Below are positions 25,378 through 36,105 of a DNA stretch of 64,000 nt, piece after piece. Position 1 is the first letter of the stretch, and each line of letters begins with the position of its first letter. The notes beneath the pieces were generated by a model. The model made no database searches and was not told where the DNA came from. It saw only the letters and a list, made by a program, of their open reading frames with translations. The stretch lies in the NCBI RefSeq assembly GCF_036503415.1, contig NZ_DASXWY010000180.1, forward strand, positions 5,065 through 69,064, written 5' to 3'. The translations under genes were made by a program, and so were the position numbers. Source of the stretch: Trinickia sp. GTDB lineage: Bacteria > Pseudomonadota > Gammaproteobacteria > Burkholderiales > Burkholderiaceae.

Positions 25378-26595
25378 TCAGGCGCGCTCGTTCAAGAACA
25401 GCGCCTGCAGATCGTTGAGAAACCGCTGCCCGAGCGGCGTGGGCGCAATCCGTTCATGGTCGCGTGCGATCAAGCCGCGCTGCTCGGCTTCGCGCAGCGC
25501 GGGCTCGATTGCCGTGATCGCGAGCCCCGTTCGCTCGATGAACCGATGCACGGGAAAACCTTCGGTCAGCCTCAACGCGTTCAACATGAATTCGAACGGC
25601 AGATCGTGTGGCCCTACCTCGCGTTCCTCCTCGACGGGCGAGCCGGCGCGTGCCTTTTCGATGAAGGTGGCCGGGTGTTTGTAACGCGCCTGACGAACGA
25701 TCCGATGGGCGAACGACAGCTTGGAATGCGCACCGGCCCCGATGCCCAGATAGTCGCCGAAACGCCAGTAGTTGAGGTTGTGCTTGCACTGTCGATGCGG
25801 CTTGGCATAGGCCGACACCTCATAGCGTTCGTATCCGGCCGCCGCCGTGCGCTCATGGATCCAGTCCTGCATGTCCGCCGAGGCGTCGTCATCGGGCAGC
25901 GCCGGCGGGTACTTCGCGAAGAGCGTATTCGGCTCGAGCGTCAGGTGATAGAGCGAGAGATGGGGCGGGTCGAACGAAAGCGCGCGCTCCACGTCGGCAC
26001 GGCATTCGTCGAGTGTCTGTTGCGGAAGTGCGAACATCAGATCGAGGTTGAAGTTCTCGAAATGCCGCGCGGCAATTTCCACTGCCCGATGCGCGTCGCC
26101 GCTGTCGTGAATCCGGCCCAGCGCCTTCAAGTGCCGCTCGTTGAAGCTCTGAATGCCGACGGACAGGCGGTTGATGCCGCTTGCGCGAAATTGCGCGAAC
26201 TTCTCGGCTTCGAACGTGCCGGGATTGGCCTCCATCGTGATCTCGGCGTCCGCATCGAGCGGCAGCAGCGCGCGCACATCCGATAACAGCCGGTCCAGCC
26301 CGCTTGCCGACAGCAGGCTTGGTGTCCCGCCGCCAATGAAGACGGTGTGCACCTGCCGTCCCCAGACGAGGGGCAGCGCTTGCTCGAGATCGGCACGCAG
26401 CGCATCGAGATAATCGTTTTCGGGAAAGCGTTCGCCTTTCCATTCATGCGAATTGAAATCGCAATACGGGCACTTGCGCACACACCAGGGGAAGTGGACA
26501 TAGAGCGCCAGCGGCGGCAGCGAGCTCAGCGCAATCTTCCCAGGCGCGACGAACGCTTGAACGACGCGATGCCGATCGTACTCGGGGGTAGTCAT
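25378..26595 (-). CDS. hemW: Radical SAM heme chaperone HemW
   Basis: YVHFPWCVRKCPYCDFNS; GGGTPS; HNLNYW; position downstream of rdgB. Confidence 0.95.
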   Translation of the reverse strand: MTTPEYDRHRVVQAFVAPGKIALSSLPPLALYVHFPWCVRKCPYCDFNSHEWKGERFPENDYLDALRADLEQALPLVWGRQVHTVFIGGGTPSLLSASGLDRLLSDVRALLPLDADAEITMEANPGTFEAEKFAQFRASGINRLSVGIQSFNERHLKALGRIHDSGDAHRAVEIAARHFENFNLDLMFALPQQTLDECRADVERALSFDPPHLSLYHLTLEPNTLFAKYPPALPDDDASADMQDWIHERTAAAGYERYEVSAYAKPHRQCKHNLNYWRFGDYLGIGAGAHSKLSFAHRIVRQARYKHPATFIEKARAGSPVEEEREVGPHDLPFEFMLNALRLTEGFPVHRFIERTGLAITAIEPALREAEQRGLIARDHERIAPTPLGQRFLNDLQALFLNERA

Positions 26596-27251
26596 TGCGT
26601 CTCCCCAGCGAGCCGGGCGACGAGCGCACGCAGCGCCAGCGCGCGATGGCTATGTGCGTTCTTGGCGATGGGATCGAGCTGCGCCGCGCTGGCCGCAAGC
26701 GCCGGCACGAAGAAGTGCGGGTCGTAACCGAAGCCGTTGCTGCCGCGCGGCGTGTCGATGATTTCGCCATGCCAGCGGCCCTCGGCCACGAGCGGCTCCG
26801 GATCGTCAGCATGTCGCATCAGTACGAGCACGCAGTAGTAGTAGGCCCGCCGGTCCTGCACGCCCTGGAGCTCGGCGACGAGCCGCGCGTTATTGGCTGC
26901 GTCGCTTTTTTCGCCGCCCGCATCGAGTGCGAACCGCGCCGAATGCACGCCGGGTGCGCCGCCCAGCGCATGGACACACAAGCCGGAGTCGTCTGCAAGC
27001 GCGGGCATGCCGGTCAATGTCGCGGCATGGCGCGCCTTCGCCAGGGCATTCTCGATAAAGGTCGGATGCGGCTCGTCGGCCTCCGGGACGCCGAGCTCGC
27101 CTTGCGCGACGAGCGCAATGCCCGCATCGCCCAGCAACGCGGCGAATTCGCGCAGCTTGCCGGCGTTGTTCGACGCAACCACGACGCGCCCGAGCGAACG
27201 GGCGACACTGCCCGGCATGGTGCGCGAGGATTCGCTTGCGCGATCAGTCAC
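26592..27251 (-). CDS. rdgB: Non-canonical purine NTP pyrophosphatase
   Basis: [27 protein letters not shown] motifs; GGAGG RBS before GTG 27251. Confidence 0.95.
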   Translation of the reverse strand: MTDRASESSRTMPGSVARSLGRVVVASNNAGKLREFAALLGDAGIALVAQGELGVPEADEPHPTFIENALAKARHAATLTGMPALADDSGLCVHALGGAPGVHSARFALDAGGEKSDAANNARLVAELQGVQDRRAYYYCVLVLMRHADDPEPLVAEGRWHGEIIDTPRGSNGFGYDPHFFVPALAASAAQLDPIAKNAHSHRALALRALVARLAGETQ

Positions 27252-27984
27252 CTGCAACCTCCAACGCTGCCTTTTGCTTGGCGATCAACTGTTCGATGCC
27301 GGATTGGGCCAGATCGAGCAGTGCATTCATTTCGTCGCGCGAAAAAGGGGTTCCCTCGGCCGTACCCTGGACTTCGACGAATCCGCCGTCGCCGGTCATG
27401 ACGACATTCATATCGGTATCGCAGCGCGAATCTTCCCGATAATCGAGGTCCAGCAGCGGCAGCCCCTCGTAGATGCCGACCGAAATAGCCGCCACATAGT
27501 CGAGAATCGGCGAGCTTTCGATGCGTCCTGCCGCGAGAAGCTTCGACACCGCGTCGTGCGCGGCGACGAACGCACCGGTGATGCTGGCCGTACGCGTGCC
27601 GCCGTCGGCCTGGATGACGTCGCAATCGACGTGCAGCGTGCGCTGACCGAGCCGCTCGAGGTCGAACACCGATCGCAGCGCGCGGCCGATGAGCCGCTGA
27701 ATCTCCTGTGTGCGCCCCGTCTGCTTGCCGCGCGCGGCTTCGCGATCGCTGCGCGTGTGCGTGGCGCGAGGCAGCATGCCGTATTCGGCGGTGAGCCAGC
27801 CCTGGCCGCGATCGCGCAGAAACTCGGGCACGCGCTCGAGCACGCTTGCCGTACAGATGACCTTGGTATCGCCGAATTCGACGAGCACGGACCCTTCCGC
27901 ATGCTTCGTGTAATGGCGCGTGATGTGCACGTCGCGCAGTGCATCGGCACGGCGCCCGCTCGGGCGTTCAACGAGATCGGTCAT
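27244..27984 (-). CDS. rph: Ribonuclease PH
   Basis: [46 protein letters not shown]. Confidence 0.98.
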   Translation of the reverse strand: MTDLVERPSGRRADALRDVHITRHYTKHAEGSVLVEFGDTKVICTASVLERVPEFLRDRGQGWLTAEYGMLPRATHTRSDREAARGKQTGRTQEIQRLIGRALRSVFDLERLGQRTLHVDCDVIQADGGTRTASITGAFVAAHDAVSKLLAAGRIESSPILDYVAAISVGIYEGLPLLDLDYREDSRCDTDMNVVMTGDGGFVEVQGTAEGTPFSRDEMNALLDLAQSGIEQLIAKQKAALEVAGD

Positions 27985-28206
27985 GGTGGGCAAAGGTATG
28001 AGGAGGGAAACCGTGATTTTACCGTTCCGGAGGCGCCGCATCGCGCGTGCCGCCCCGAGCTGCCTTGCCACGCCCTGCGAGCGGCGCTCGGAGCAGGCGC
28101 CGGGCGCAAAAATGGGATAATGCCCCTTTCGCCTGCGCGACGCCTCATTGGCGCGACGGGCGCCTCGAACCACCGGCCGGCAACGGCCCCAAACGCGAGA
28201 CGGACG

Positions 28207-29130
28207 ATGATCTACAGCATGACAGGCTACGCGAGCGCTACGCGCGAAATTGCGGTGCCGGGCATTTCGGCGGGCATGAGCGTATCGGTCGAACTGCGCA
28301 CCGTGAATTCGCGTTTTCTGGACCTCAATTTCCGTATGCCCGAAGAGGTGCGCGCGTGCGAGCCGACGCTGCGCGAATTGCTCATGAGCAAGCTCTCCCG
28401 CGGCAAGGTCGACATCCGCATCAACGTGCAGCGCAGCGAGCAGACGCCGAGCGTCGGTGCGCTGAACGCCGAGGTGCTGCAGCAACTCGCCAAGCTCGAG
28501 CAGGCCGTCACCGATGCCTTTCCCGGCGTCGAGCGCATGCGCACGGGCGAGATCTTGCGCTGGCCCGGTGTGCTCGCGGAAAGCGGCGCATCGGCGGAGG
28601 CGCTGCGCGACGCCGTGCTCGCTTGCGGCAAGCAGGCGATCGCCGAACTCATCGATGTCCGCGGCCGCGAGGGTGCGCAGCTCGGTGCGATGTTGCTCGG
28701 CAACGTGACCGAGATGGAGGCGATCTTGCAGCGCATCTCGCCGCTCGTGCCGGAGCTCATCGGCAAGCATCAGCAAAAGATCGTCGAGCGCTTGCAAGAG
28801 GCGCTGGGGCTCGCAGCGCCCGACGGGGTCGCAACGATCGTCTCGCGCGAAGAGATCGCCGAGCGCATCCGTCAGGAAGTGACGATGTACGGTATCCGGA
28901 TCGATATCGCCGAAGAGTTGTCGCGCCTCACCGCGCATTTGAACGAGACGCGTCATGTGATCGAGAAGGGCGGCAAGGTCGGCAAGCGGCTCGATTTCAT
29001 GATGCAGGAACTGAACCGCGAGGCCAACACGCTGGGCTCGAAGGCGGCTGCGAAGGAGCTTGCCGACGCGTCGATGACGCTCAAGCTGCTGATCGAGCAG
29101 ATGCGCGAGCAAGTCCAGAACCTGGAGTGA
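28207..29130 (+). CDS. yicC: YicC/YloC-family endoribonuclease
   Basis: [52 protein letters not shown]. Confidence 0.95.
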   Translation: MIYSMTGYASATREIAVPGISAGMSVSVELRTVNSRFLDLNFRMPEEVRACEPTLRELLMSKLSRGKVDIRINVQRSEQTPSVGALNAEVLQQLAKLEQAVTDAFPGVERMRTGEILRWPGVLAESGASAEALRDAVLACGKQAIAELIDVRGREGAQLGAMLLGNVTEMEAILQRISPLVPELIGKHQQKIVERLQEALGLAAPDGVATIVSREEIAERIRQEVTMYGIRIDIAEELSRLTAHLNETRHVIEKGGKVGKRLDFMMQELNREANTLGSKAAAKELADASMTLKLLIEQMREQVQNLE

Positions 29131-29137
29131 ACCACCG

Positions 29138-29836
29138 ATGATCGACGCTACGTCCGCAGGCGGCGCGCGCAAAAGCGGCGCTCCGCGCAATCCCTACGCC
29201 GGGGTGTATCCCGGCAACCTTTTCATGGTCGTCGCCCCATCGGGGGCCGGCAAATCGACGCTCGTGAACGCGCTGCTGGCCGACGACGCAGCCATTCGTC
29301 TATCGATTTCATACACGACGAGAAAGCCGCGGCCTGGCGAACAGGACGGGCAGCACTACCACTTCACGACGGTCGACGACTTTCTGGCCCGTCACGCGGC
29401 CGGCGAGTTTCTCGAGAGCGCCGAAGTGCACGGCAATTACTATGCGACTTCGCGCGTGTGGATCGAGGAACAGATGAAAAGCGGCCATGACGTGCTGCTC
29501 GAAATCGATTGGCAGGGCGCGCAGCAGGTGAAAAAGCAGTTCCGCAACGCGGTCGAGATATTCATCCTGCCCCCGTCGCTCGAGGCGCTCGAGGTCCGTC
29601 TCAAGAAGCGAGGCCAGGACGAGCCGAACGTCATCACGCGCAGGCTACTTGCGGCCGGCAGCGAGATGGCGCACGCATCGGATGCTCAGTACGTGCTCAT
29701 CAACGAGCATTTCGATCGGGCCCTGGCCGAGTTGCGATGTATCGTTGCCGCGACGCGGCTGCGTTTCGATTCGCAGTACGCCCGCAACAGCGAGCTCTTC
29801 ATCGAGCTCGGCATCCATCTGCCGGCCGCCGAGTGA
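29138..29836 (+). CDS. gmk: Guanylate kinase
   Basis: APSGAGKS P-loop; [11 protein letters not shown]; HGNYY. Confidence 0.97.
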   Translation: MIDATSAGGARKSGAPRNPYAGVYPGNLFMVVAPSGAGKSTLVNALLADDAAIRLSISYTTRKPRPGEQDGQHYHFTTVDDFLARHAAGEFLESAEVHGNYYATSRVWIEEQMKSGHDVLLEIDWQGAQQVKKQFRNAVEIFILPPSLEALEVRLKKRGQDEPNVITRRLLAAGSEMAHASDAQYVLINEHFDRALAELRCIVAATRLRFDSQYARNSELFIELGIHLPAAE

Positions 29837-29896
29837 CGGTGGACGGCTGCATACATAAGGTAGAATAAGCAGCATATCAAGAAGGAATTTCCGAAC

Positions 29897-30100
29897 ATGG
29901 CCCGCATTACCGTCGAAGACTGCCTGAAGCAAATCCCGAATCGATTCGAGCTGGCGCTCGCCGCGACTTATCGCGCCCGCCAGTTGGCCCAGGGTCACAC
30001 GCCCAAGATCGAGAGCCGCGACAAACCCACCGTTGTCGCGCTGCGCGAGATCGCTGCAGGCCAGGTCGGTCTCGAGATGTTGAAGAAGGTACCCGTCTGA
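29897..30100 (+). CDS. rpoZ: RNA polymerase omega subunit
   Basis: [10 protein letters not shown]...NRFEL...RARQL...ALREIAAG. Confidence 0.98.
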   Translation: MARITVEDCLKQIPNRFELALAATYRARQLAQGHTPKIESRDKPTVVALREIAAGQVGLEMLKKVPV

Positions 30101-30208
30101 GCATCGAGTTCGTGAAGCGCGGCGGCAGTATCCGTCGCCGCGACTTCGCGCAGTCTATCGAGCCAAACGCGCTCAACTGACCCGGCAACCACCGATACGG
30201 AGGCGAAT

Positions 30209-32587
30209 ATGAGCAACATCCCATCGTCCGCCTCCACTGCTGCCGAGGCCGTCAACCCGGAACACGAGACCGAAGCGCCGGGTGCCGCGCGCAAATACAT
30301 CGACGCGGTTCTGGAACAATCGTTCCGCCATCTGTTCGGGCCGACAGCCACGCCCGAGCAGCCCCGCAAGCACGACGTCGTTTCCATCGCCAAGCTCACC
30401 TCGATGCTCGCCGGCTACTTGAGCCCGGAGGAGATCAAGGAGGTCAAGGCCGCGTTCCATTTCAGCGACGAAGCGCATCTGGGCCAGTATCGCCAAAGCG
30501 GCGAGCCGTATATCACGCATCCCGTCGCCGTCGCGGAAACCTGTGCCGGCTGGAAGCTCGACGCGCAATCGATCATGGCCGCGCTGTTGCACGACGTCAT
30601 GGAAGACCAGGGCGTGACGAAGGCCGAACTCGCCGAGCGGTTCGGAGCGAAGGTGGCGGAGCTCGTCGACGGGTTGTCGAAACTCGACAAGATGGAGTTC
30701 CGCAATCGCGAGGAAGCGCAGGCGGAAAACTTCCGCAAGATGCTGCTTGCGATGGCGCGGGACGTGCGGGTGATTCTGGTCAAGCTCGCCGACCGCCTGC
30801 ACAACATGCGTACGCTCGGCGCCGTTCCGCCCGAGAAGCGCCGGCGTGTGGCACGCGAAACGCTCGACATCTATGCCCCGATCGCGCATCGGCTGGGCCT
30901 GAACAATACTTATCGCGAGCTGCAGGATCTGAGCTTTGCGAACTTCAATCCGAATCGCTACGCGACCCTCGAGAAAGCGGTCAAGGCGGCGCGGGGCAAC
31001 CGGCGCGAAGTCGTCGGCAAGATTCTGGAGTCGGTGCAGCGCGCCATCGGCGACGCACATATCGATGCGGAAGTGACGGGGCGCGAGAAGACGATCTTCA
31101 GCATCTACAAGAAGATGCGCGACAAGCAGCTCTCGTTTTCGCAGGTGCTGGACGTCTATGGTTTTCGCGTCGTCGTCGGCAGTGCGCTCGAATGCTATAC
31201 CTGCATCGGGGCGCTGCATGCGCTCTATAAGCCCGTGCCGGGCAAGTTCAAGGATTACATCGCGATCCCGAAGGTCAACGGCTATCAGTCGTTGCATACG
31301 ACGCTCGTCGGACCGTTCGGCGCGCCGATCGAATTCCAGGTGCGCACGCGCAAGATGCACGAGATCGCAGAGGCGGGCGTCGCGGCACATTGGCTGTACA
31401 AGAATGGTGGCGCCGATCTCAACGATGTGCAAAAGCGCGCACACCAATGGTTGAAGTCGCTATTGGACATCCAGAGCGAGGCAGGCGATTCGAGCGAGTT
31501 CCTCGAGCACGTCAAGATCGATCTGTTCCCGGACGCCGTCTACGTATTCACGCCGAAATCGAAAATCATGGCATTGCCGCGCGGCGCCACGGCGCTCGAC
31601 TTCGCCTATTCGATCCACAGCGACCTCGGCAATCAGTGCGTGGCCGTCAAGATCAACAACGAGCTGCTGCCGCTGCGCACGGAGCTCAAGAGCGGCGATA
31701 TCGTCGAAGTGATCACGGCGCCGTACTCGAAGCCGAACCCCGCGTGGCTCGGGTTCGTGCGCACCGGCAAGGCACGTTCGGCGATTCGTCACTATCTGAA
31801 GACGATGCGGCTGAACGAGTCGGTGCAACTGGGCGAGCGGCTCGTCGATCAGGGCCTCAAAGGCTACGGTCTGTCGTTGGCGGAGGTCGAACCCGAAATC
31901 TGGGAAAAGCTCGTTCAATGGACGGGCAACAAAAACCGTCAGGAAATCTTCGCCGATATAGGCTTGGGCCGGCGTGTTGCCGCGGTCATGGCCAAGCGCA
32001 TCGAAGTGCTCGTCAGTGGGCGAGATGCCGACGACGACCATCCGCGTACAGAGCACTCTACGGCGCCCCATGCGCCGCCGGTCGTCATCACTGGCACCGA
32101 GGGAATGTCCGTACAGCTTTCGGCGTGCTGCCGGCCGATACCGGGCGACGACATCATGGGTTACATCGGCATCGGTCTCGGCATGGCCATTCATACGACC
32201 GATTGCCGGGTCGCTCAGCGGATCCATCGGCGCGATCCCGCGCGCTGGATCGATGTGGCCTGGGCGCCGCAGCCCGGGCGCCTGTTCGACGTTGCCGTCA
32301 AGGTCCTCGTCAAGAACACCAAGGGCGTGTTCGCGCGCGTGGCGGCGGACATCACGTCGGCCGACGCGAACATCGTCCATATTGCGATGGACGAGGATTT
32401 GTCCCAGGAGTCGACGGTGCTGCGCTTCGTCATCCAGGTCAGCGATCGGGTTCACCTTGCGAACGTCATGCGACGCGTGCGGACGAACCCCGACGTCATG
32501 CGCATTGCGCGCGAGCGGCCGAGCGAGGAGGGGCATCACCGGCACGACGGCGGTATGCGCATCGAGCGGGAGCGGGCCGACTACTGA
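30209..32587 (+). CDS. spoT: Bifunctional (p)ppGpp synthetase/hydrolase
   Basis: HD hydrolase (ALLHDVMED), synthetase (EFQVRT), TGS and ACT domains; gmk-rpoZ-spoT synteny. Confidence 0.96.
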   Translation: MSNIPSSASTAAEAVNPEHETEAPGAARKYIDAVLEQSFRHLFGPTATPEQPRKHDVVSIAKLTSMLAGYLSPEEIKEVKAAFHFSDEAHLGQYRQSGEPYITHPVAVAETCAGWKLDAQSIMAALLHDVMEDQGVTKAELAERFGAKVAELVDGLSKLDKMEFRNREEAQAENFRKMLLAMARDVRVILVKLADRLHNMRTLGAVPPEKRRRVARETLDIYAPIAHRLGLNNTYRELQDLSFANFNPNRYATLEKAVKAARGNRREVVGKILESVQRAIGDAHIDAEVTGREKTIFSIYKKMRDKQLSFSQVLDVYGFRVVVGSALECYTCIGALHALYKPVPGKFKDYIAIPKVNGYQSLHTTLVGPFGAPIEFQVRTRKMHEIAEAGVAAHWLYKNGGADLNDVQKRAHQWLKSLLDIQSEAGDSSEFLEHVKIDLFPDAVYVFTPKSKIMALPRGATALDFAYSIHSDLGNQCVAVKINNELLPLRTELKSGDIVEVITAPYSKPNPAWLGFVRTGKARSAIRHYLKTMRLNESVQLGERLVDQGLKGYGLSLAEVEPEIWEKLVQWTGNKNRQEIFADIGLGRRVAAVMAKRIEVLVSGRDADDDHPRTEHSTAPHAPPVVITGTEGMSVQLSACCRPIPGDDIMGYIGIGLGMAIHTTDCRVAQRIHRRDPARWIDVAWAPQPGRLFDVAVKVLVKNTKGVFARVAADITSADANIVHIAMDEDLSQESTVLRFVIQVSDRVHLANVMRRVRTNPDVMRIARERPSEEGHHRHDGGMRIERERADY

Positions 32588-32620
32588 CGGCCGAGCGCCG
32601 GACAGGTCGACAAAAACAAA

Positions 32621-32642
32621 GGGCCTTCCGTTCGGAAGGCCC
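32621..32642. terminator. Hairpin between convergent spoT and tRNA-Arg
   Basis: GGGCCTTCCG-TT-CGGAAGGCCC preceded by an A-rich run (U-tail on the minus strand). Confidence 0.7.
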
Positions 32643-32650
32643 TTCGTAAT

Positions 32651-32727
32651 TGGTGCGGCTGGCAGGATTCGAACCCACGACCCCTTGGTTCGTAGCCAAG
32701 TACTCTATCCAACTGAGCTACAGCCGC
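32651..32727 (-). tRNA. tRNA-Arg(ACG)
   Basis: GCGGCTGTAGCTCAGTTGGATAGAGTACTTGGCTACGAACCAAG...GGTTCGAATCCTGCCAGCCGCACCA. Confidence 0.97.
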
Positions 32728-32841
32728 ACGCAGAAGCGAAAGTATAGCACGACCCTGGAAAAATGGAAGAGCTGCGAGGCGTTGCGCCCGGGGTTATCGT
32801 GTAGTCTTGAAGACTCATCGAATCGACGCAGTGGTTTCATC

Positions 32842-33405
32842 ATGAACAAAGCTTTTGTCAAAGAATCGGGCGAGGACGGCGATGACGATCTCGACGTCGC
32901 GCAGCCCGAGATCCCGCCAGGAACCAAGAACTACATCACGCCAGCAGGGCATAAACGCCTGCGCGACGAGTTGTTGCATCTGATCGACGAAGATCGGCCC
33001 GAGGTCGTGAAACTCGTGTCATGGGCCGCCTCGAATGGCGATCGTTCGGAGAACGGCGACTACATCTATGGCAAGCGCCGCTTGCGCGAGATCGATCGGC
33101 GCATCCGTTTTTTGACCAAACGGCTCGATTTGGCCGAGGTCGTCGACAGCAGCAGGCAGGAGAACGTCGATCAAGTCTTTTTCGGCGCGACCGTCGATTA
33201 CGCGGGTGTCGATGGCGAGACGCATACGGTCACCATCGTGGGCATCGACGAGGTCGATCTCGACTGCGGACACGTCAGCTGGATTTCGCCGATCGCGCGC
33301 GCCTTGCTCAAGGCACGTATCGGCGATGTCGTCACGCTGCACACGCCGGCGGGGCCGGAGCAGATCGATGTTCTCGATGTCCGTTATCCGCCAGCGAGCG
33401 CTTGA
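32842..33405 (+). CDS. greB: Transcription elongation factor GreB
   Basis: WAASNGDRSENGDYIYGKRRLREIDRRIRFL; SWISPIARALLK. Confidence 0.97.
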   Translation: MNKAFVKESGEDGDDDLDVAQPEIPPGTKNYITPAGHKRLRDELLHLIDEDRPEVVKLVSWAASNGDRSENGDYIYGKRRLREIDRRIRFLTKRLDLAEVVDSSRQENVDQVFFGATVDYAGVDGETHTVTIVGIDEVDLDCGHVSWISPIARALLKARIGDVVTLHTPAGPEQIDVLDVRYPPASA

Positions 33406-33461
33406 GCGCCCGATGGCGGCTTGACCGTCGCTTCATGCCGGCCGCTCGCGATTCGCCGACG

Positions 33462-33489
33462 AAAAAAAGGCGCCGCAAGCGGCGCCTTC
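33462..33489 (-). terminator. Rho-independent terminator for the porin gene
   Basis: A7 run, then AAGGCGCCGC-AA-GCGGCGCCTT hairpin (U-tail on the minus strand). Confidence 0.75.
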
Positions 33490-33517
33490 GAGGCATACAA
33501 CCGTTTTTCGATGCGTA

Positions 33518-34669
33518 TTAGAAGCGGTGACGCAGGCCGGCGGTCACGGCAACCTGGTTGTGCGTGGACGACGGAGCCAAGCCGTTGATGAAAGCCGTCA
33601 GGCCAGAGCCATCGGCCTTGATGTGCTGATATTCGCCCTGCAGATAAACGTCGGTACGCTTTGACAGCATGTAATCGGCTTGCAGGCCGAACGTGTGCCA
33701 TTTCGGATCCGTGCTGCCGACCTTGCCGTCGGTGAACGTGTACTGTCCCGCGAGGCTCAATGCAGGCGTCAGCGCATAACGACCATTGATTTCATAGTTG
33801 TTGAAGCGCAGACCCGTCGGCGCAGCGAACGCCAGCGAGCCGGAAGTTACCGGGTTGGCGTTGGCGATGCTCGTCGCATTGTTGACGCGCGACTGCGTAA
33901 ACACGACACCGGCCGTTGCCGGGCCGAACGTGTAGTTCGCGCCGGCACCCCAGACACGCTGACGCGTTCCGGCGAACGGCGAATCCGTCACTGCACCGCC
34001 CGTGTTCGCGGCGCCGAGCGCGGTGGCCGAGTTCAGACCGTTGTTCAACTGCAAGTACGCCGCGGCGAAGTTGAAGCCGCCGAAGTTGTACGATGCGCCG
34101 ACGCTGTACTCACGGTTGTTCGCGAAGCCGCCCGCGGCGTTCGAGAAACCATACATTGCGCCGAGCTTGAAGCCGCCGTAGTTGGCGCTCTGGTAGTGCA
34201 CCGAGTTGTTCACCCGGAACGAATTGTCGAGGTTGTCGTTATCGAACGGGTGGGCAAATCCGGTACCGCCGTATTGCGTACCCGTCAGCGACAGCGGCCC
34301 GAGGTACTGCACCACGTCGTCATACTGACGACCGAGAGTGACCGTACCGTAATCGGCGCTCGACAAGCCGACATAGGCTTGACGGCCGAACATGCGGCTT
34401 TGTTGCCCCAACGTACCGTTGTTGATGTTGAAGCCGTTTTCCAACGTGAAGATGGCCTTCAAACCGCCGCCGAGGTCTTCGGCGCCTCGCAGCCCCCAGC
34501 GGCTGCCGTTCACGCTACCGCTCGTCTCTTGCCAGTTGCTGTGGCCGCGCTGGTTGTTCGTGTAGGTGATGCCTGCGTCGATCAGGCCGTACAGCGTGAC
34601 GCTGCTTTGCGCATGCGCCATCGTTGCAAATACGCCGGTGAGGGCGCCGACCAGAAGAGTCTTCTTCAT
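33518..34669 (-). CDS. Betaproteobacterial general (Gram-negative) porin
   Basis: MKKTLL signal; AQSSVTLYGLIDAG; SRWGLRGAEDLGGGLKAIFTLENGF; C-terminal GLRHRF. Confidence 0.95.
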   Translation of the reverse strand: MKKTLLVGALTGVFATMAHAQSSVTLYGLIDAGITYTNNQRGHSNWQETSGSVNGSRWGLRGAEDLGGGLKAIFTLENGFNINNGTLGQQSRMFGRQAYVGLSSADYGTVTLGRQYDDVVQYLGPLSLTGTQYGGTGFAHPFDNDNLDNSFRVNNSVHYQSANYGGFKLGAMYGFSNAAGGFANNREYSVGASYNFGGFNFAAAYLQLNNGLNSATALGAANTGGAVTDSPFAGTRQRVWGAGANYTFGPATAGVVFTQSRVNNATSIANANPVTSGSLAFAAPTGLRFNNYEINGRYALTPALSLAGQYTFTDGKVGSTDPKWHTFGLQADYMLSKRTDVYLQGEYQHIKADGSGLTAFINGLAPSSTHNQVAVTAGLRHRF

Positions 34670-35132
34670 CTTTATCACTCCAGAACGGGAAATTTTTTGC
34701 AGCTTTCGGAAGACAGTCATGCCACCGACAGCGAGAGGCATTTGCGTGCAAGCGCGCCCACCACCATTAGGCGCTTTGTCTTCCAACCCGGCTGAGTGTA
34801 AATGAGCACCCCCCGCAGACTGCCATTTCAGTTCGCGCAATAAAGTATTTTGCGATGCGCAATGGCCAACAAGTCCCGCGCAATCGCTTGCCACGCAAGG
34901 CTTTCACGAAGGATTGCCGCTGTGATGGAGATATGCCGAGCTTTCGCTTGTTGCGTTTGCGATACAAATCAGTCCGCGTCTGTTCGTGGAAACAGACGCG
35001 CGTTTCAACTGATTATTGCGTAACGAGGAAGAGATGGTTGCGGATTATGTTGTCGATTGTCGCGTCCGCGGGGCCTTACACTGAGGGCTCTTTTTCGTAG
35101 AGAAAAAGGTCTCCGAGCTTGACGGCGCGGCC

Positions 35133-35151
35133 GCTGGCCGCGCTTTTTTTT
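35133..35151 (+). terminator. 3' arm and U-tail of a plus-strand intrinsic terminator with no upstream plus-strand CDS
   Basis: GCGCGGCC-GCT-GGCCGCGC followed by T7, just before the stop of the convergent gene at 35154. Confidence 0.6.
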
Positions 35152-35153
35152 AT

Positions 35154-35432
35154 TCAATGGCGACGACGCCGCCGGGCGGTATCGCCGTCTTTCTCCCAGG
35201 CTCCGGCTGACGACTCATCGAACGCAGGCGCCCAGTCTTCGACGACATAGTGACGTGCATCCATAGGCGAGGCGAGCAAGTTCTGCCAGTGGTCGCCGTG
35301 CCAGAAAGGATCGAAGCCGCTCCCAGGAGCGACGCCGGACGCTACGGACGCTAGAGGCTGGCGTGCGAAGGGCGCATGCATGAGCCGGGAGAACAGGCGT
35401 TTGAGGCGTTGCAATTGCATGATGGTCTCCAC
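35154..35432 (-). CDS. 92-aa hypothetical protein
   Basis: Fills the intergenic space; GGAG RBS before MQLQRL; acidic/Trp-rich core FDPFWHGDHWQNLLASPMDARHYVVEDW. Confidence 0.6.
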   Translation of the reverse strand: METIMQLQRLKRLFSRLMHAPFARQPLASVASGVAPGSGFDPFWHGDHWQNLLASPMDARHYVVEDWAPAFDESSAGAWEKDGDTARRRRRH

Positions 35433-35645
35433 AGCTAATAATCTGATTCAATCATCCGGCGCCGGTGGATCGCGGACAACTCGGATAAATACTTACATCG
35501 GAAATATTTTGTTGCAACTGCGGTATATTTTGCCGGGTTGATCCCCGTTATTGCGATGCTGCCGGCAATCTTGACGGGGGTTAATGCATTTATTTGCGCT
35601 TGATGCGTATAGCATCGCGCGGCCGTTCAGTTAATGAAAAAAATC

Positions 35646-35674
35646 TTGACGAGGGCTCTCGCTTCCCTTTATAA
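35646..35674 (+). promoter_or_regulatory. Sigma70 promoter for the cold-shock gene
   Basis: TTGACG-17 bp-TATAAA; implies a 5' UTR of ~115 nt. Confidence 0.7.
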
Positions 35675-35795
35675 AAGCAGCGCCGGATTGACCTGGCGAC
35701 GAGTCGCAGACGGAGAGACTGTGGCGTGTCGTCCACAAGGGGGTTTCGGTGGAGGGCGCTGCCCGTCTATTAAAAATCTCGAGGGAATCAGTACT

Positions 35796-36008
35796 ATGAG
35801 TACTCAGGAAACTGGTATCGTCAAATGGTTTAACGATGCTAAAGGTTTTGGCTTTATTACGGCTGATAAGGGCGGTGAGGATTTGTTTGCGCATTTCTCC
35901 GAAATCCAGGCCGATGGTTTTAAATCACTCAAAGAAAATCAACGCGTGACATTCGAGGTGAAAACCGGACCGAAAGGCAAGCAGGCGGCGAACATTCGTC
36001 CGATCTGA
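35796..36008 (+). CDS. CspA-family cold-shock protein
   Basis: [15 protein letters not shown] (RNP1), LFAHFSEI (RNP2), [10 protein letters not shown]. Confidence 0.97.
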   Translation: MSTQETGIVKWFNDAKGFGFITADKGGEDLFAHFSEIQADGFKSLKENQRVTFEVKTGPKGKQAANIRPI

Positions 36009-36105
36009 CGCTGCGGGCCCGGGCCAAGGCGCCCGGCCGCGTTCGGTAGCCGGCGCTCGGGTGGTGCATACTTCGGTTATTGTTGCCCCCCGAGCGTTTT
36101 TGTTC

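Noticed and set aside
26893-29190. 745-aa and 648-aa ORFs spanning rdgB/rph/yicC
   Set aside because: They are stop-free extensions of yicC and rph through each other's antisense strand.
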